Source of the DNA: Rubripirellula sp.
GTDB lineage: Bacteria > Planctomycetota > Planctomycetia > Pirellulales > Pirellulaceae
Direction: 5' to 3'
Length of the DNA: 64,000 nucleotides
NCBI GenBank assembly: GCA_965216875.1
Contig: OZ244207.1
Location: 4,768,001 to 4,832,000 of the forward strand
Position 1 is the first letter of the stretch; each line of letters begins with the position of its first letter. The notes under the pieces are model-generated. The model did no database searches. It saw only the letters and a program-made list of their open reading frames with translations, and had not been told where the DNA came from. This document shows positions 20,686 to 30,613 of the stretch, piece after piece. The position numbers and the translations under genes were made by a program.

Positions 20686-22527
20686 TTGGAAACGACGGAT
20701 GAGATTGTTGGGCGGCTTCGCCAACACCCAACATCCAGCGGATTGGATGAACATTCACTAAAGCTCATTGCCTCGCGCGCCGAGATCGTCAACGTCGATG
20801 CTGGCGAGCTGCTTCACCGCTCGGGCGAGTCAGTCGACCGAATTCTGTTGATCGACTCCGGGCGACTTCGATTGGAAGTGGTGGTCGGCGAAACGAACAC
20901 GCCCGTCTCCTATTTGTCTGCAGAGCAGCAGTTCGGACTGCTCAGCGTTTTCAAAGACTTTGCTGCGCCCGTCGACCTGGTGGCTGACACTCCATCGACC
21001 GTGTTGGCAATTTCTCGCACCGACGTGCGAGCACTCAGCGACCGATTGCCGCTATGGCGACGCAACCTGGTGCACGCGCTCGGTCTTAATGCCCAGGCCT
21101 TGCTTCCGAGTGGTACAAGTTCCCGGAAGACACATCGAACGTCGGCACTGATTCACTTTCGCCCTCAAACAAGGATCATCACGAGGGAACTCGCACGGCG
21201 TCTTGGCACATCGGGAACCGCCGTCGTTCTCTACACCGATGAGCCGGCAAGTATCGAGTTCCCCAGTGACCATGTGACCGTCAAGTCGATCGCCAGCTCG
21301 AGTGAAATCTGCCTGGCGATCAGTAACATCAAGGCGCAACAGAACCAATCCGATCCTACTCACGTGATCTTCGCCCTGAGCGTCGACTCCGCCTCCGTCG
21401 CATTGGATCCATTGTTGGACGTTTGCGACCGAGCCTATGCTCTGGCGCAACCCAATCACACCTCCACCTCCGAGGATTGGTTTCGCCATATCCGCGATGC
21501 TCGACAGAACACCCAAAACGTGCGGCGTGTCTTGTGTTTGAGCGCTGAGGAATCAGTCGCACCACTGGAACCGAACAGGTCGGCAGAGTCGATCGAGGAG
21601 ATCAAGGTTCACCTGCCAGAACAGGGCGCATCGGAAAGGTTGGTTCAGCTTGGAATCTCCCGACTGTTGCACGATGCATGTGGTGTCCGGCTTGGGATTG
21701 CACTTGGTGGTGGCGCAGCGCGAGGAATGGCGCATCTGGGAGTGCTGCAGACCTTGGAAGAGGCAGGTATTTTCTGTGATGCGATTGCCGGAACAAGTGT
21801 TGGGGCGATGGTTGGCATTGTGCACGCTGGTGGCATCGCCCCCGAAGCTGCAGCTCGTTGTTTCGCCAACGACCTGACCCCCTCGCCGATCGAGCAAAAG
21901 ATCCCCGGCGGAGACGGACTGTACCTGTTGAGGAAGTACCGCACACAGGGCTGGGACTCGATGCTGCGCGTCTATTTGCACGATTGGTGTCTCGAACAGC
22001 TTCCCATTCCCGTCACGAGTGTTTCCGTCGATCTGGTCTCCGGTCAGCAGGTCCATGCGTGTGCTGGGGACGCCGTCCATGCGATTCTGGACAGCATCAA
22101 CTTGCCCGGCCTCAGTCCACCCATTTGTCGCGACGGAAAGGCCTTGGTCGATGGTGGCGTCCTCAACGTCCTGCCCGCCGATGTGCTCGTCCAAAACTAC
22201 AAATGCGACTATGTCATTGCAGTCGACGTTGGTTCAAAACTTTCGGAAGAGTTTGTGGGCAATCGGCCAGACACCGCAACCAGTGAGATGAACACACCGG
22301 GAATCTTCCAAACTTTGATGCGTTCCATGAACGTCCAGAACCGCGACCTTCGAAACATTCGTTCGTGCGTTTCGGACATCACGATCGAACCGCACGTCGA
22401 AAACACCGACGCCGAGGATTTCAAACACGCCGTCGAAATCGCGGCAATCGGAAGAGAAGCCGCCAACGAGATGCTGCCATCACTGCGAGAACAACTCAGC
22501 CGGATCCATCCAGCTCTGCTCCTGTAG
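20686..22527 (+). CDS. cNMP-binding domain plus patatin-like phospholipase (NTE/RssA-like)
   Basis: N-terminal cNMP fold (VDAGELLHRSGE...LIDSGRL...FG); patatin motifs GGGAARG, GTSVG, DGG; TTG start with GAGG SD. Confidence 0.88.
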   Translation: METTDEIVGRLRQHPTSSGLDEHSLKLIASRAEIVNVDAGELLHRSGESVDRILLIDSGRLRLEVVVGETNTPVSYLSAEQQFGLLSVFKDFAAPVDLVADTPSTVLAISRTDVRALSDRLPLWRRNLVHALGLNAQALLPSGTSSRKTHRTSALIHFRPQTRIITRELARRLGTSGTAVVLYTDEPASIEFPSDHVTVKSIASSSEICLAISNIKAQQNQSDPTHVIFALSVDSASVALDPLLDVCDRAYALAQPNHTSTSEDWFRHIRDARQNTQNVRRVLCLSAEESVAPLEPNRSAESIEEIKVHLPEQGASERLVQLGISRLLHDACGVRLGIALGGGAARGMAHLGVLQTLEEAGIFCDAIAGTSVGAMVGIVHAGGIAPEAAARCFANDLTPSPIEQKIPGGDGLYLLRKYRTQGWDSMLRVYLHDWCLEQLPIPVTSVSVDLVSGQQVHACAGDAVHAILDSINLPGLSPPICRDGKALVDGGVLNVLPADVLVQNYKCDYVIAVDVGSKLSEEFVGNRPDTATSEMNTPGIFQTLMRSMNVQNRDLRNIRSCVSDITIEPHVENTDAEDFKHAVEIAAIGREAANEMLPSLREQLSRIHPALLL

Positions 22528-22576
22528 GTCATGCTCCGCATGACATCTTGTGGCTGTCATGCACAGCATGACCTAC
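22524..22576. repeat. REP-A inverted doublet between the patatin and zinc peptidase genes
   Basis: 22524-22544, 11-nt spacer, inverted variant GTAGGTCATGCTGTGCATGAC (22556-22576). Confidence 0.93.
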
Positions 22577-22579
22577 TCT

Positions 22580-23257
22580 CTAATCTCGCGAACCCATGTA
22601 TCGCATGACGTAGTAGAGCAAGGTCATGATCGCTTGCAGGGTAGCGGCGACATAGGTGAGTGCGGCTGCATTGAGCACTTTGGCGACATAGGGTGCCTCG
22701 TTGTCAGCAACGATCCCATGCTCAACCAAGTGGCGTTTTGCACGCGCACTTGCATCAAACTCGACCGGCAGATTCACGACCTGAAAGAAGACAACTGCGG
22801 CAAACAGGATGATGCCGATCAACAACAAGGGTTGCAGATGGAAGATGACACCGAACATCGCCATCGTCAGCCCAATGCCGCTACCAAAGTTGGCCGCAGG
22901 AACAGCCAAATTGCGAATTTGAAGCGGTGCATAGTTCTTGGCGTGTTGAAATGCGTGCCCCGCTTCATGACACGCAACACCAAGAGCCGACAACGATCGG
23001 CCGTTGTAAACATCGGGGCTTAGCCGAAGCACACGATGACGTGGATCGTAGTGGTCTCCCAAGTGACCTTGGATCGGCTCGACACCGACGTCATAGAGCC
23101 CTTCCGAGTCGAGCATTTCACGGGCTGCCTGGGCACCCGACATTCGCGCGGGCATCTCGGACATTTGGGCGAACCGTGACTTCACCTGCCATTGCGCATA
23201 AAGCCCCAGCAAAAGAGGCGGCAAGATGAAAAGGAAATAGATCGGATCGAGCAACAT
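22580..23257 (-). CDS. Membrane zinc metallopeptidase (YugP / Zn_peptidase_2 family)
   Basis: DHYDP, LRLSPDVY, ACHEAGHA (HExxH), LPVEFDASARA, AAALTYVA. Confidence 0.92.
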   Translation of the reverse strand: MLLDPIYFLFILPPLLLGLYAQWQVKSRFAQMSEMPARMSGAQAAREMLDSEGLYDVGVEPIQGHLGDHYDPRHRVLRLSPDVYNGRSLSALGVACHEAGHAFQHAKNYAPLQIRNLAVPAANFGSGIGLTMAMFGVIFHLQPLLLIGIILFAAVVFFQVVNLPVEFDASARAKRHLVEHGIVADNEAPYVAKVLNAAALTYVAATLQAIMTLLYYVMRYMGSRD

Positions 23258-23457
23258 CGTTCTTTCCTAAGTTCCGAACTTCCGAACTGCGAATCACACG
23301 CAAGCCGCAGTGCCAAAACGACAGCAATGCGTTGCGATGATTCTTACGTGCAGCAACTATGGGACCATTCGTACAGGATTCGGAAATCTTGCCGAGTCCC
23401 CTCACGGCATGCGACGCTTTGTGGGATAGCCCGCAATTTTCTGGAAATCGAAACGAC

Positions 23458-26400
23458 TCACTCGCGTGATCCAGGCGTCACTTTCAGAGAAACCGTTTTT
23501 TCCCCACGCTGGACAACGATTTCGACTTCTTCACCGATTTTCAGCGCCTCGATTGCGTAGGTGTAGTCGTAGATGTCTTCGATCTTTCGCCCTGCCAATT
23601 TCACGATGATGTCGCCGCCTTGCACCCCAGCTTCCGCTGCTGGCCCCCCCTTGGAGACTCCGCTGAGCTTGAGTCCCTTAATGTCGCCAGCCACGTAGTC
23701 AGGGATCGTGCCGAGGTAAGCGGTCAATCGAGCACGAGGTGCATCCTTTGGCTTGTCGCCTTCATCCAATTGAAACTCGGGTGCCTTGCTCGCCGTCAAC
23801 ATGCCCCGGGTAATCAAGGCAAACAGACGTGAGATCTTGGCCGCGCCTTCATAGTTCAACTTTTCAGGTGTGTCGCGCGGCGTGTGATAGTCCTCGTGTG
23901 CTCCGGTGAAGCCGGAAAGAATCGGCACGCCACGACCGACAAACGCTGACGCATCGGTCGGCAAACCGGTACTTGTTTTGTCGAGCGACAACTTGAGACC
24001 GACCGGAACGTTTCGTCGTTGAACATCCCCTTCGAAACCTGGCGAACTACCGATGCCTTGGATGACAAGACTCTCGCGCAACCGTCCCACCATGTCGAGG
24101 TTCAAGTAGGCGGCGACAGCGGGCGTCAACATTTGAGCTTGCGCCGATGCGCCGTGACCATGAGCAGCGGCGACATGGGCGTGGGGATCATCGCCTTCGC
24201 CATGCGCGTGACTGTGACCATGAGAGGCTGCCTTGGGCGCATCGGGATAGAGGTCATAAAAGGAACCAACAAAGGCTTGCGAGCCGAACAGCCCCAACTC
24301 CTCGCCACTCCATGCGGCAACCAACAGATCACGCTTGGCCTTCAGGCGTCCCGATGATTTTTCGTTGGCGATGTAGTGGGCGATTTCCATCAAGGCCGCA
24401 ACACCACTGGCGTTGTCATCGGCGCCGACGTGGATCTGATCCCGTTCATCCTCTTTGGCGAGCGAACTACTGCCGCCCCGTCCGAGGTGATCGATGTGGG
24501 CGCCAACGATCACGACCGGATTTGACGCATCAGGCTTGTCACCGGCTGGCAAACGAGCCACCACGTTGCGCCCCGTTCCCTTATTGCGTTTGATACCGAC
24601 GGTTGCGGCAGCCTTGATCTCGGCGATTTCGAAACCCATCTGCATCTCGCCGTTGTCAAAGCTCTTTTGCAACTTGCCGAGGTCTTCATCAGAAGCGTCC
24701 AACATCGTTTGGGCAACTTCGTCGGTGACCGACAGGGCACTCAGGCTGACACTCGCGTGCGACGCGCCACGGTCAAATCGGATCAACTTGTTTTTGACTT
24801 TGCTGGTGGGGCCAGTGACAAAAATGATCCCGCGGGCTCCGAGATCGCGGGCAACGGTTGCTTTGCGCCGTGGGGAACTGAAGCGAGCCATCTGCTGGCG
24901 GCGCTCGGGTGTGATGTCCTGGGGCAGGTCGCGAAACACCAGCACCCATTTGTCGAGCACGTTCAAGTGCACGTAGCTGTCGTACTCGCCTTTTCCGTCA
25001 ACGGGCGGAACTTGCAAACCATAGCCTGCAAAAACAACAGGCCCCAAATCGCTCTCGCCGTTTTGCGAAAAGGTCAGCGGTCGCCAATCTTTGTTGACTT
25101 CAAACTTCTTTTCATCCAACCGAAACTCATTCGCCTCGGTGAGCGACGATCCGGCCGGAAACTCAAACTCTTGAAAGTAGGTTCCGTTTTCGCCTGCCGG
25201 CAAGAAACCCAAACTGTCGAGGTAGGCGGCGACGTAAGCAGTCGCTCGCTTTTCGCCTTGCGTTCCGGTCAGACGGCCGCCGAGCTCGGGACGCGTCAGG
25301 TAGTCGACATGCCGTCCAACATCAGCGGGCGAAAAATCGGGAGTCGAAGCTTCCGCGGCAACCTTGGCTGCTTCGAGATCGCTCCCGCCATCGAGACCGA
25401 GCAAACGTCTTGCTTCGGCGTCGTCCCAGTTGCCCATGAAGATCTGGGAACGTTTTTGTGCCGTGCGATTCGACGTCCACGAAAGAGTCTCGCCGTCGGG
25501 CAGGAAGACAGGCAAGCCATCGAAGCCGTCGGTGTAAGTCACTCGAACCGGCTCGCCTTCACCGTCAGCGCGAACAAGATACAGCTCGAAGTTCGCGAAG
25601 CCATGTTTGTTCGTGGTGAAGATCAGGTAGTCGCCACTGGGATGAAAAAAGGGCGCCCAACTCATCGCTCCGATCCCTGTCAAACGTTTGACATCGGTGC
25701 CGTCGACCTTCATCGAATAGACTTCGGCAGTCGCTCCGTTTTCCGAAAACCTTCGCCAGCAAACGCGTTTGCCATCGGGCGAAAAGAAGGGTCCGCCGTC
25801 GTACCCTGGCACGTCGGTCAGCTGACGCACGTTGGAACCATCGGCATCCATGATAAACAAGTCGATCATGTAGGCCGGATCGATCTCGAATAGTTCGTGC
25901 TCGCGATCGCTCAGTTTGCGTCCGTAGGCATTTCGGTTTGATGCAAAGACAATCTGCTTCCCATCGGGACTGTAGCTTCCCTCGGCGTCATAGCCGCGTG
26001 CATGGGTGAGCTGTTTGTACTCTCCCGAACCCAGGTCCTTTGCATAGATCTCGTAGGTCTCGTCGTAGTCCCAAGCGTAACGGCGTTGCTTTCCCGATTC
26101 GCGGAGTGCGATTTCATCCTTTTGCTTTTGAACCGCTTCGGAATCATCCTGCGTGCTCGCAAAAAGAATACGATCGCCGTCGGGATGAATCCAAGCGCAA
26201 GTTGTCTTACCGCGTCCAGGGGAAACCTTTTCAATGTCGCCTGTTTCCAAGTCGGTGACATAGATTTGATAGAACGGATTGGCTGGGTCGCGTTCACTTT
26301 GAAACACCATCCGTTTGCCATCGGCACTAAAGTAGCCTTCGCCAGCGCGCCGACCTTCGAAAGTGATCTGGCGAGTGTTGGTGATCAGTCGCGATTCATT

Positions 26401-26529
26401 CTTTGCCGCTTCCGCTGCTGCTTCGGCGTTCTCGCCATCCGCCACGTCCTGGGCGGCGAGTTGGACCGACAGCCCAAACGATACGACGAGAGTGAATGTC
26501 GAAAGGCAAAGAATGCGTCGAAAGAACAT
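23458..26529 (-). CDS. Secreted M28 aminopeptidase with TolB/PD40 propeller, PA and PDZ domains
   Basis: Signal peptide; PD40 repeats (GYDAEGSYSPDG, YDGGPFFSPDG); GAHIDHLG, GADDNASG, GEELGLFGS, NLDMVGR, DYHTP; PDZ YLGTIPDY...GGPAAEAG. Start inferred at MFFRR. Confidence 0.9.
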   Translation of the reverse strand: MFFRRILCLSTFTLVVSFGLSVQLAAQDVADGENAEAAAEAAKNESRLITNTRQITFEGRRAGEGYFSADGKRMVFQSERDPANPFYQIYVTDLETGDIEKVSPGRGKTTCAWIHPDGDRILFASTQDDSEAVQKQKDEIALRESGKQRRYAWDYDETYEIYAKDLGSGEYKQLTHARGYDAEGSYSPDGKQIVFASNRNAYGRKLSDREHELFEIDPAYMIDLFIMDADGSNVRQLTDVPGYDGGPFFSPDGKRVCWRRFSENGATAEVYSMKVDGTDVKRLTGIGAMSWAPFFHPSGDYLIFTTNKHGFANFELYLVRADGEGEPVRVTYTDGFDGLPVFLPDGETLSWTSNRTAQKRSQIFMGNWDDAEARRLLGLDGGSDLEAAKVAAEASTPDFSPADVGRHVDYLTRPELGGRLTGTQGEKRATAYVAAYLDSLGFLPAGENGTYFQEFEFPAGSSLTEANEFRLDEKKFEVNKDWRPLTFSQNGESDLGPVVFAGYGLQVPPVDGKGEYDSYVHLNVLDKWVLVFRDLPQDITPERRQQMARFSSPRRKATVARDLGARGIIFVTGPTSKVKNKLIRFDRGASHASVSLSALSVTDEVAQTMLDASDEDLGKLQKSFDNGEMQMGFEIAEIKAAATVGIKRNKGTGRNVVARLPAGDKPDASNPVVIVGAHIDHLGRGGSSSLAKEDERDQIHVGADDNASGVAALMEIAHYIANEKSSGRLKAKRDLLVAAWSGEELGLFGSQAFVGSFYDLYPDAPKAASHGHSHAHGEGDDPHAHVAAAHGHGASAQAQMLTPAVAAYLNLDMVGRLRESLVIQGIGSSPGFEGDVQRRNVPVGLKLSLDKTSTGLPTDASAFVGRGVPILSGFTGAHEDYHTPRDTPEKLNYEGAAKISRLFALITRGMLTASKAPEFQLDEGDKPKDAPRARLTAYLGTIPDYVAGDIKGLKLSGVSKGGPAAEAGVQGGDIIVKLAGRKIEDIYDYTYAIEALKIGEEVEIVVQRGEKTVSLKVTPGSRE

Positions 26530-26588
26530 GTTGGATCCGTCGGTTTTGGGAGGCAGGCGATCCGGCGAGGCAGACCGTACTGCGAATT

Positions 26589-26996
26589 CTAACGAATATT
26601 GCCTGTTCCCAAACCCTGCGCACCGCGAAGGCAGATGAGCCCTTCGCTCCATTGATCGAACTGGCGATTGCGGTGGCCGGCCAAATCAAAGACACGCACA
26701 TCGCTTCGGTTCTTACGCACGTCCTCGCGCACGAGCCCGTATAGATCGCGGTACTCGGCCGGTGCATCGGGCTGGTCGTCGGAGCCGTCTGGCGGCGTCA
26801 CTCGGACAGTGGCTTCAAAACGATAGACCTGCAACCAACCTGGACGTTGCACTGCAACCAAACGGACGTTTTTTAGCTGTGCCGTGTTGCCGTAGTAACC
26901 TTCCTTGGTGAGGTGTTTTCGGATCGCCAGCTCCATCTCGCGATCACCACACCAATCGTTCCAACGCTGAGCCAGATTCTTGAGGAAGCCAAACAT
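26589..26996 (-). CDS. Hypothetical protein (~135 aa)
   Basis: Fills the gap between co-oriented genes and has protein-like composition; start inferred at MFGFL. Confidence 0.7.
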   Translation of the reverse strand: MFGFLKNLAQRWNDWCGDREMELAIRKHLTKEGYYGNTAQLKNVRLVAVQRPGWLQVYRFEATVRVTPPDGSDDQPDAPAEYRDLYGLVREDVRKNRSDVRVFDLAGHRNRQFDQWSEGLICLRGAQGLGTGNIR

Positions 26997-27099
26997 GGTT
27001 TGAAGCGACCGGCAAACGTGTCGCTCGAGAATCGAGGTGCGGCAGCCTTTTGCGTGCCTGATCTTTCTGGGCGACACATCGTCGCCACCCGTCAGATCA

Positions 27100-28137
27100 T
27101 TATTGGCCGGCAGGCAAGTCGAAGTCACCCGTCACATCGCGCCAAACGCAATGGATGTGGTTGGCGGGGTTGCCCTTGGCGTCGGGCTGGGTGTTGACGA
27201 ACTCGATCAGGAACGACTTCCCGCGAACACGGTAGTAGTGACCGATCTCTGGCTTCGTGGCTCCAGCCCAGGCAAAGTGAATGTTGTCCCAACCATCGCG
27301 ATCGATCACAGCACGACGCTCATCGGCAACCTTGTCAGGCACGGCATCGATGTAAACGTTGATCAACTTGCGAAGCTCGCCACGTTGCTTGCCGGTCAAA
27401 TCGGTTTGCGAGATCCCTTCCGGCTTGCCAACCTTCACCTGAGCTTCACCAGCAAAGCGAATCTCCTTCGGTGCCTCTTCGGCGATCATTGCTTTGTCAA
27501 GTTGCGATTCGCTTAGCGAGTTGACCAAGTCGAAAGCCAGCTGCTCCTCTTGTCGCAAAACGCGTGTGCCTTTGCCGACAGGGCCTTCGGCATCATTCAT
27601 GATCGTTGCTGGGTTGGCAGCAAAGAATTGCGGTGTGCTATCAACCACCACACCGCCATTGCAAACGAAGTTCAGCGAAACGTGGTGGCCTTCGAAGCTA
27701 AGTCCCCACGCGCCCGAGTTGGTCGGTTGGCCAAAAATCGTGACGTAGTACTTTTCGGGGTCTCGAGCCCAGCGGCGACCTTCACCCTCGAATTGTCGAA
27801 GCACACCTTCGAGAGCCATGATTTTGCTGGTCTTGTCGTAGCCCGCTTCACTGAGCGCCGCTCGCACCAATCGCAATGCGGCGGTGCGCTGGGCCGTGTT
27901 CATGTCACTGAGCACGAGTCCCTTGCGGGTGTCCATCGGAATGAAGTGCCACTGAACCCGCTTCGGTGTGTCGTAAGGAAGGACGGCCCGCGCCTTTTGG
28001 TCGTCATCAAGCGTGCTTAGAAACGCGTCGGCAAACGTCTTCATCTCGACTGCGGGTGGGTCGCCCACCTTCCATCCGGCGACGGCAATAACCACGAGAG
28101 CGAGACAACCGAGGAGTGCAGGGCGAGCGAAACGCAT
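27100..28137 (-). CDS. DUF3500-family secreted protein
   Basis: Signal peptide; WHFIP..RKG, YYVTIFG.P, FEGHHVSLN, PQFFAANP, HYYRV, HIHCVWRD...DF. Confidence 0.85.
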   Translation of the reverse strand: MRFARPALLGCLALVVIAVAGWKVGDPPAVEMKTFADAFLSTLDDDQKARAVLPYDTPKRVQWHFIPMDTRKGLVLSDMNTAQRTAALRLVRAALSEAGYDKTSKIMALEGVLRQFEGEGRRWARDPEKYYVTIFGQPTNSGAWGLSFEGHHVSLNFVCNGGVVVDSTPQFFAANPATIMNDAEGPVGKGTRVLRQEEQLAFDLVNSLSESQLDKAMIAEEAPKEIRFAGEAQVKVGKPEGISQTDLTGKQRGELRKLINVYIDAVPDKVADERRAVIDRDGWDNIHFAWAGATKPEIGHYYRVRGKSFLIEFVNTQPDAKGNPANHIHCVWRDVTGDFDLPAGQ

Positions 28138-28570
28138 TGAGAGACTTTCTGGCAGCTGGGTGGGGCAAGCGGGGTAGGACAACGAGATAGTGTAGTTGAG
28201 CATGATCCCCGAGGGGACTGGGCTTGAGATCCGACGGGGCGGGCCCCGGATTGCTGGGACAAGCATTGGGTCAAAATCGGCGACCGAGTGGTAATCTCGC
28301 ACAATCTTCATAAATCGGCACGCGAGAGAGTCTGGCCTGTGAATCCCGCGAGTTAACACCGCCACGGTTGTCAGCGGCCCATGCCGAAGCGCGTGCGCGG
28401 CGATCCGATTGAGCCGCGCAGATTGTGTTTGCGCTGCCAACTGATACTCTGATCGCTCACTGGATTCGTTACTGATTCTTGCTCTCTTGCTCGCCAGTCA
28501 ACTTAGAGGACATACCCCAACAGCAAATTGCGGCCCAGCAGCAAATGGTGGCCCAGCGGCGGAAGGTGGA

Positions 28571-30331
28571 ATGAACGAGGAACGGATCTGCTCACTCGCA
28601 TTGGAACACCCGACGCCCCAACGTCGTGCGAGGTTTCTCGACCGCGTTTGCGGCGAGGACTTGAACCTGCGCTCGCGTGTCGAAGCATTGTTGGCCGCCC
28701 ACCAGGTTGGCGACGAGCTCGACGAATTGGTTGAAGCCGCAGAACAGGTTGATGTCGAATACCGGGCGGACGATACCGTTGGCCAAAGCTCGCCCGATGA
28801 CAGCCTCGCCCCCGATCTTATGCAGGTAGGCGACTCCTCGCTTGGAGACGAGCTGACTGGTGGAAGCCATCTCTCTCATCTTTCTGCCGTCAAATCGCCG
28901 AAGACGGCACAGAGCGAACTGTGGACACTCTTGCTCAAGGTGAACGATGTCTCTCGCCTTGGGTTGACGCTTGGCGACTACGAGTTGGTCAAAGTCCTTG
29001 GCCGCGGCGGAATGGGGCTTGTCCTGCAGGCTGTCGATTCGAAGCTCAACCGCAATGTCGCCTTGAAAGTGCTCTCGCCTAGCCTGCTCACCCATTCGAC
29101 CGCTTGCAAACGATTTGTCCGCGAAGCGAAAGCGGTCGCAGCAATCAGCCATGACAACGTGGTCAGCATTCACGCAATCAACGAAAACGCTCTGCCGCCG
29201 ATGATCGTGATGGAGTTCGTCGACGGCGTTTCGCTTGAACAAGAGATCAAACAAAGCCGCGGCAGTTTGAGTGTCCAACGAATCGTCGACATCGCCACCC
29301 AAATTGCAGCAGGACTGGCTGCTGCCCACGAGCGAGGGCTGATCCATCGCGACATCAAACCATCGAACATTTTGATTCAACAAGCAACCGAACGCATCAA
29401 ACTGACTGACTTCGGTTTGGCTCGTGCGGTTGACGATGTCAGCCTGACCAAGACGGGGCAAGTGTTTGGAACGCCGCTCTACATGTCTCCAGAGCAGAGC
29501 CGCGGCCAACGGGTGGATCATCGCACGGACCTATTCAGTCTTGGCGGTGTGATGTATGCCATGTGCACGGGCAAGGCAGCGTTTCGCGCCGACTCCGCGG
29601 TCGCCGTCATCCACCGAGTGATTCACGATGACCCAAGAGCCGTCGAAGACATCAATCCAGACATTCCTATCTGGTTGTCTGCTGTTATTGACAAACTCCT
29701 CGAAAAAGATCCCAACGAACGCTTCGCGTCGGCCGAAGAGGTACTCGAGCAGTTGCAATCGTTTCGACGGTACTTGGCCGCTCCCGATCAAATGCCTCGA
29801 CCGATTCCAGTCGCGACGAGTCGTCGAGATGGCCCGGAACTTGAACGGCATATCCGTCGCAACTGCAACTACGTTGGATTAGTCGGAGGCCTCTCCATTG
29901 TTTGGGGTGTGCTTGGGTTGGTCACCCTTCAACCGGCTTTGAACGCCCTGTTCATCAGCCTCTACTTGTCAACCATCAGCGGGATCCTTGGGCTCTTTGG
30001 TGCCTACCAAATGCTCAAACGTACATCGCATAAATCGGTGGTGATTGGAACAGCCGCACTGTTGCTTCCCGCGAACCCGTTTTCGTTGTTGGGAATTTGG
30101 AAGACGTACAAGATCTTGCGTAAGTTCTCGAGCGACGAGATCAAGAAGACGTTCAAGCCGCAAACTTGGCTCGAGATGCTCAAGTTGCCAGCCGCGTTCT
30201 TGTTCGCGACAGCGTCACTTTACATCTTGGGGATGGTCATCCTTACTATGATGTCGCAGCGCACCGACGTGTCACGGATTCGCACCATTGAAAACGATGG
30301 CAACACTACGATCATCTACCTGGATCGTTAA
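28571..30331 (+). CDS. Ser/Thr protein kinase with C-terminal multi-TM region
   Basis: LGRGGMGLV, VALK, HRDIKPSN, DFGLA, GTPLYMSPEQ, DLFSLG; about 4 hydrophobic segments at the C-terminus. Confidence 0.93.
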   Translation: MNEERICSLALEHPTPQRRARFLDRVCGEDLNLRSRVEALLAAHQVGDELDELVEAAEQVDVEYRADDTVGQSSPDDSLAPDLMQVGDSSLGDELTGGSHLSHLSAVKSPKTAQSELWTLLLKVNDVSRLGLTLGDYELVKVLGRGGMGLVLQAVDSKLNRNVALKVLSPSLLTHSTACKRFVREAKAVAAISHDNVVSIHAINENALPPMIVMEFVDGVSLEQEIKQSRGSLSVQRIVDIATQIAAGLAAAHERGLIHRDIKPSNILIQQATERIKLTDFGLARAVDDVSLTKTGQVFGTPLYMSPEQSRGQRVDHRTDLFSLGGVMYAMCTGKAAFRADSAVAVIHRVIHDDPRAVEDINPDIPIWLSAVIDKLLEKDPNERFASAEEVLEQLQSFRRYLAAPDQMPRPIPVATSRRDGPELERHIRRNCNYVGLVGGLSIVWGVLGLVTLQPALNALFISLYLSTISGILGLFGAYQMLKRTSHKSVVIGTAALLLPANPFSLLGIWKTYKILRKFSSDEIKKTFKPQTWLEMLKLPAAFLFATASLYILGMVILTMMSQRTDVSRIRTIENDGNTTIIYLDR

Positions 30332-30337
30332 CGGTGA

Positions 30338-30568
30338 GACGTTCCGCGTCCTCTTCGCAGGCCAACGTCCGCATGACGGGCTTGCTTGTTAAGTGTCACG
30401 GTCGACCGCTTACGCAATCCCGGCTCACATTGAGCGGCATGACGCTAGCCGCCGGCATTTCATCACCGCAACCTTGAAACGCCCGACGCTAGCGTGTTCG
30501 GCTCACGGGCGAGGACACGACGCGGAGCGTCCGAAGAGTGCGTTACCACGGGGACCGTGGTAACGAGG
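30338..30568. repeat. Mixed REP mosaic: fragments of F and A, D-like copies, D (30481-30507), F inverted (30519-30568)
   Basis: GCCCGACGCTAGCGTGTTCGGCTCAC and GACGCGGAGCGTCC...CGTTACCACGGGGACCGTGGTAACGAGG. Confidence 0.82.
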
Positions 30569-30613
30569 GTTGTGGAACGACGAACCTGGACTTAGAGCAG
30601 CTGAATGCCGAGC

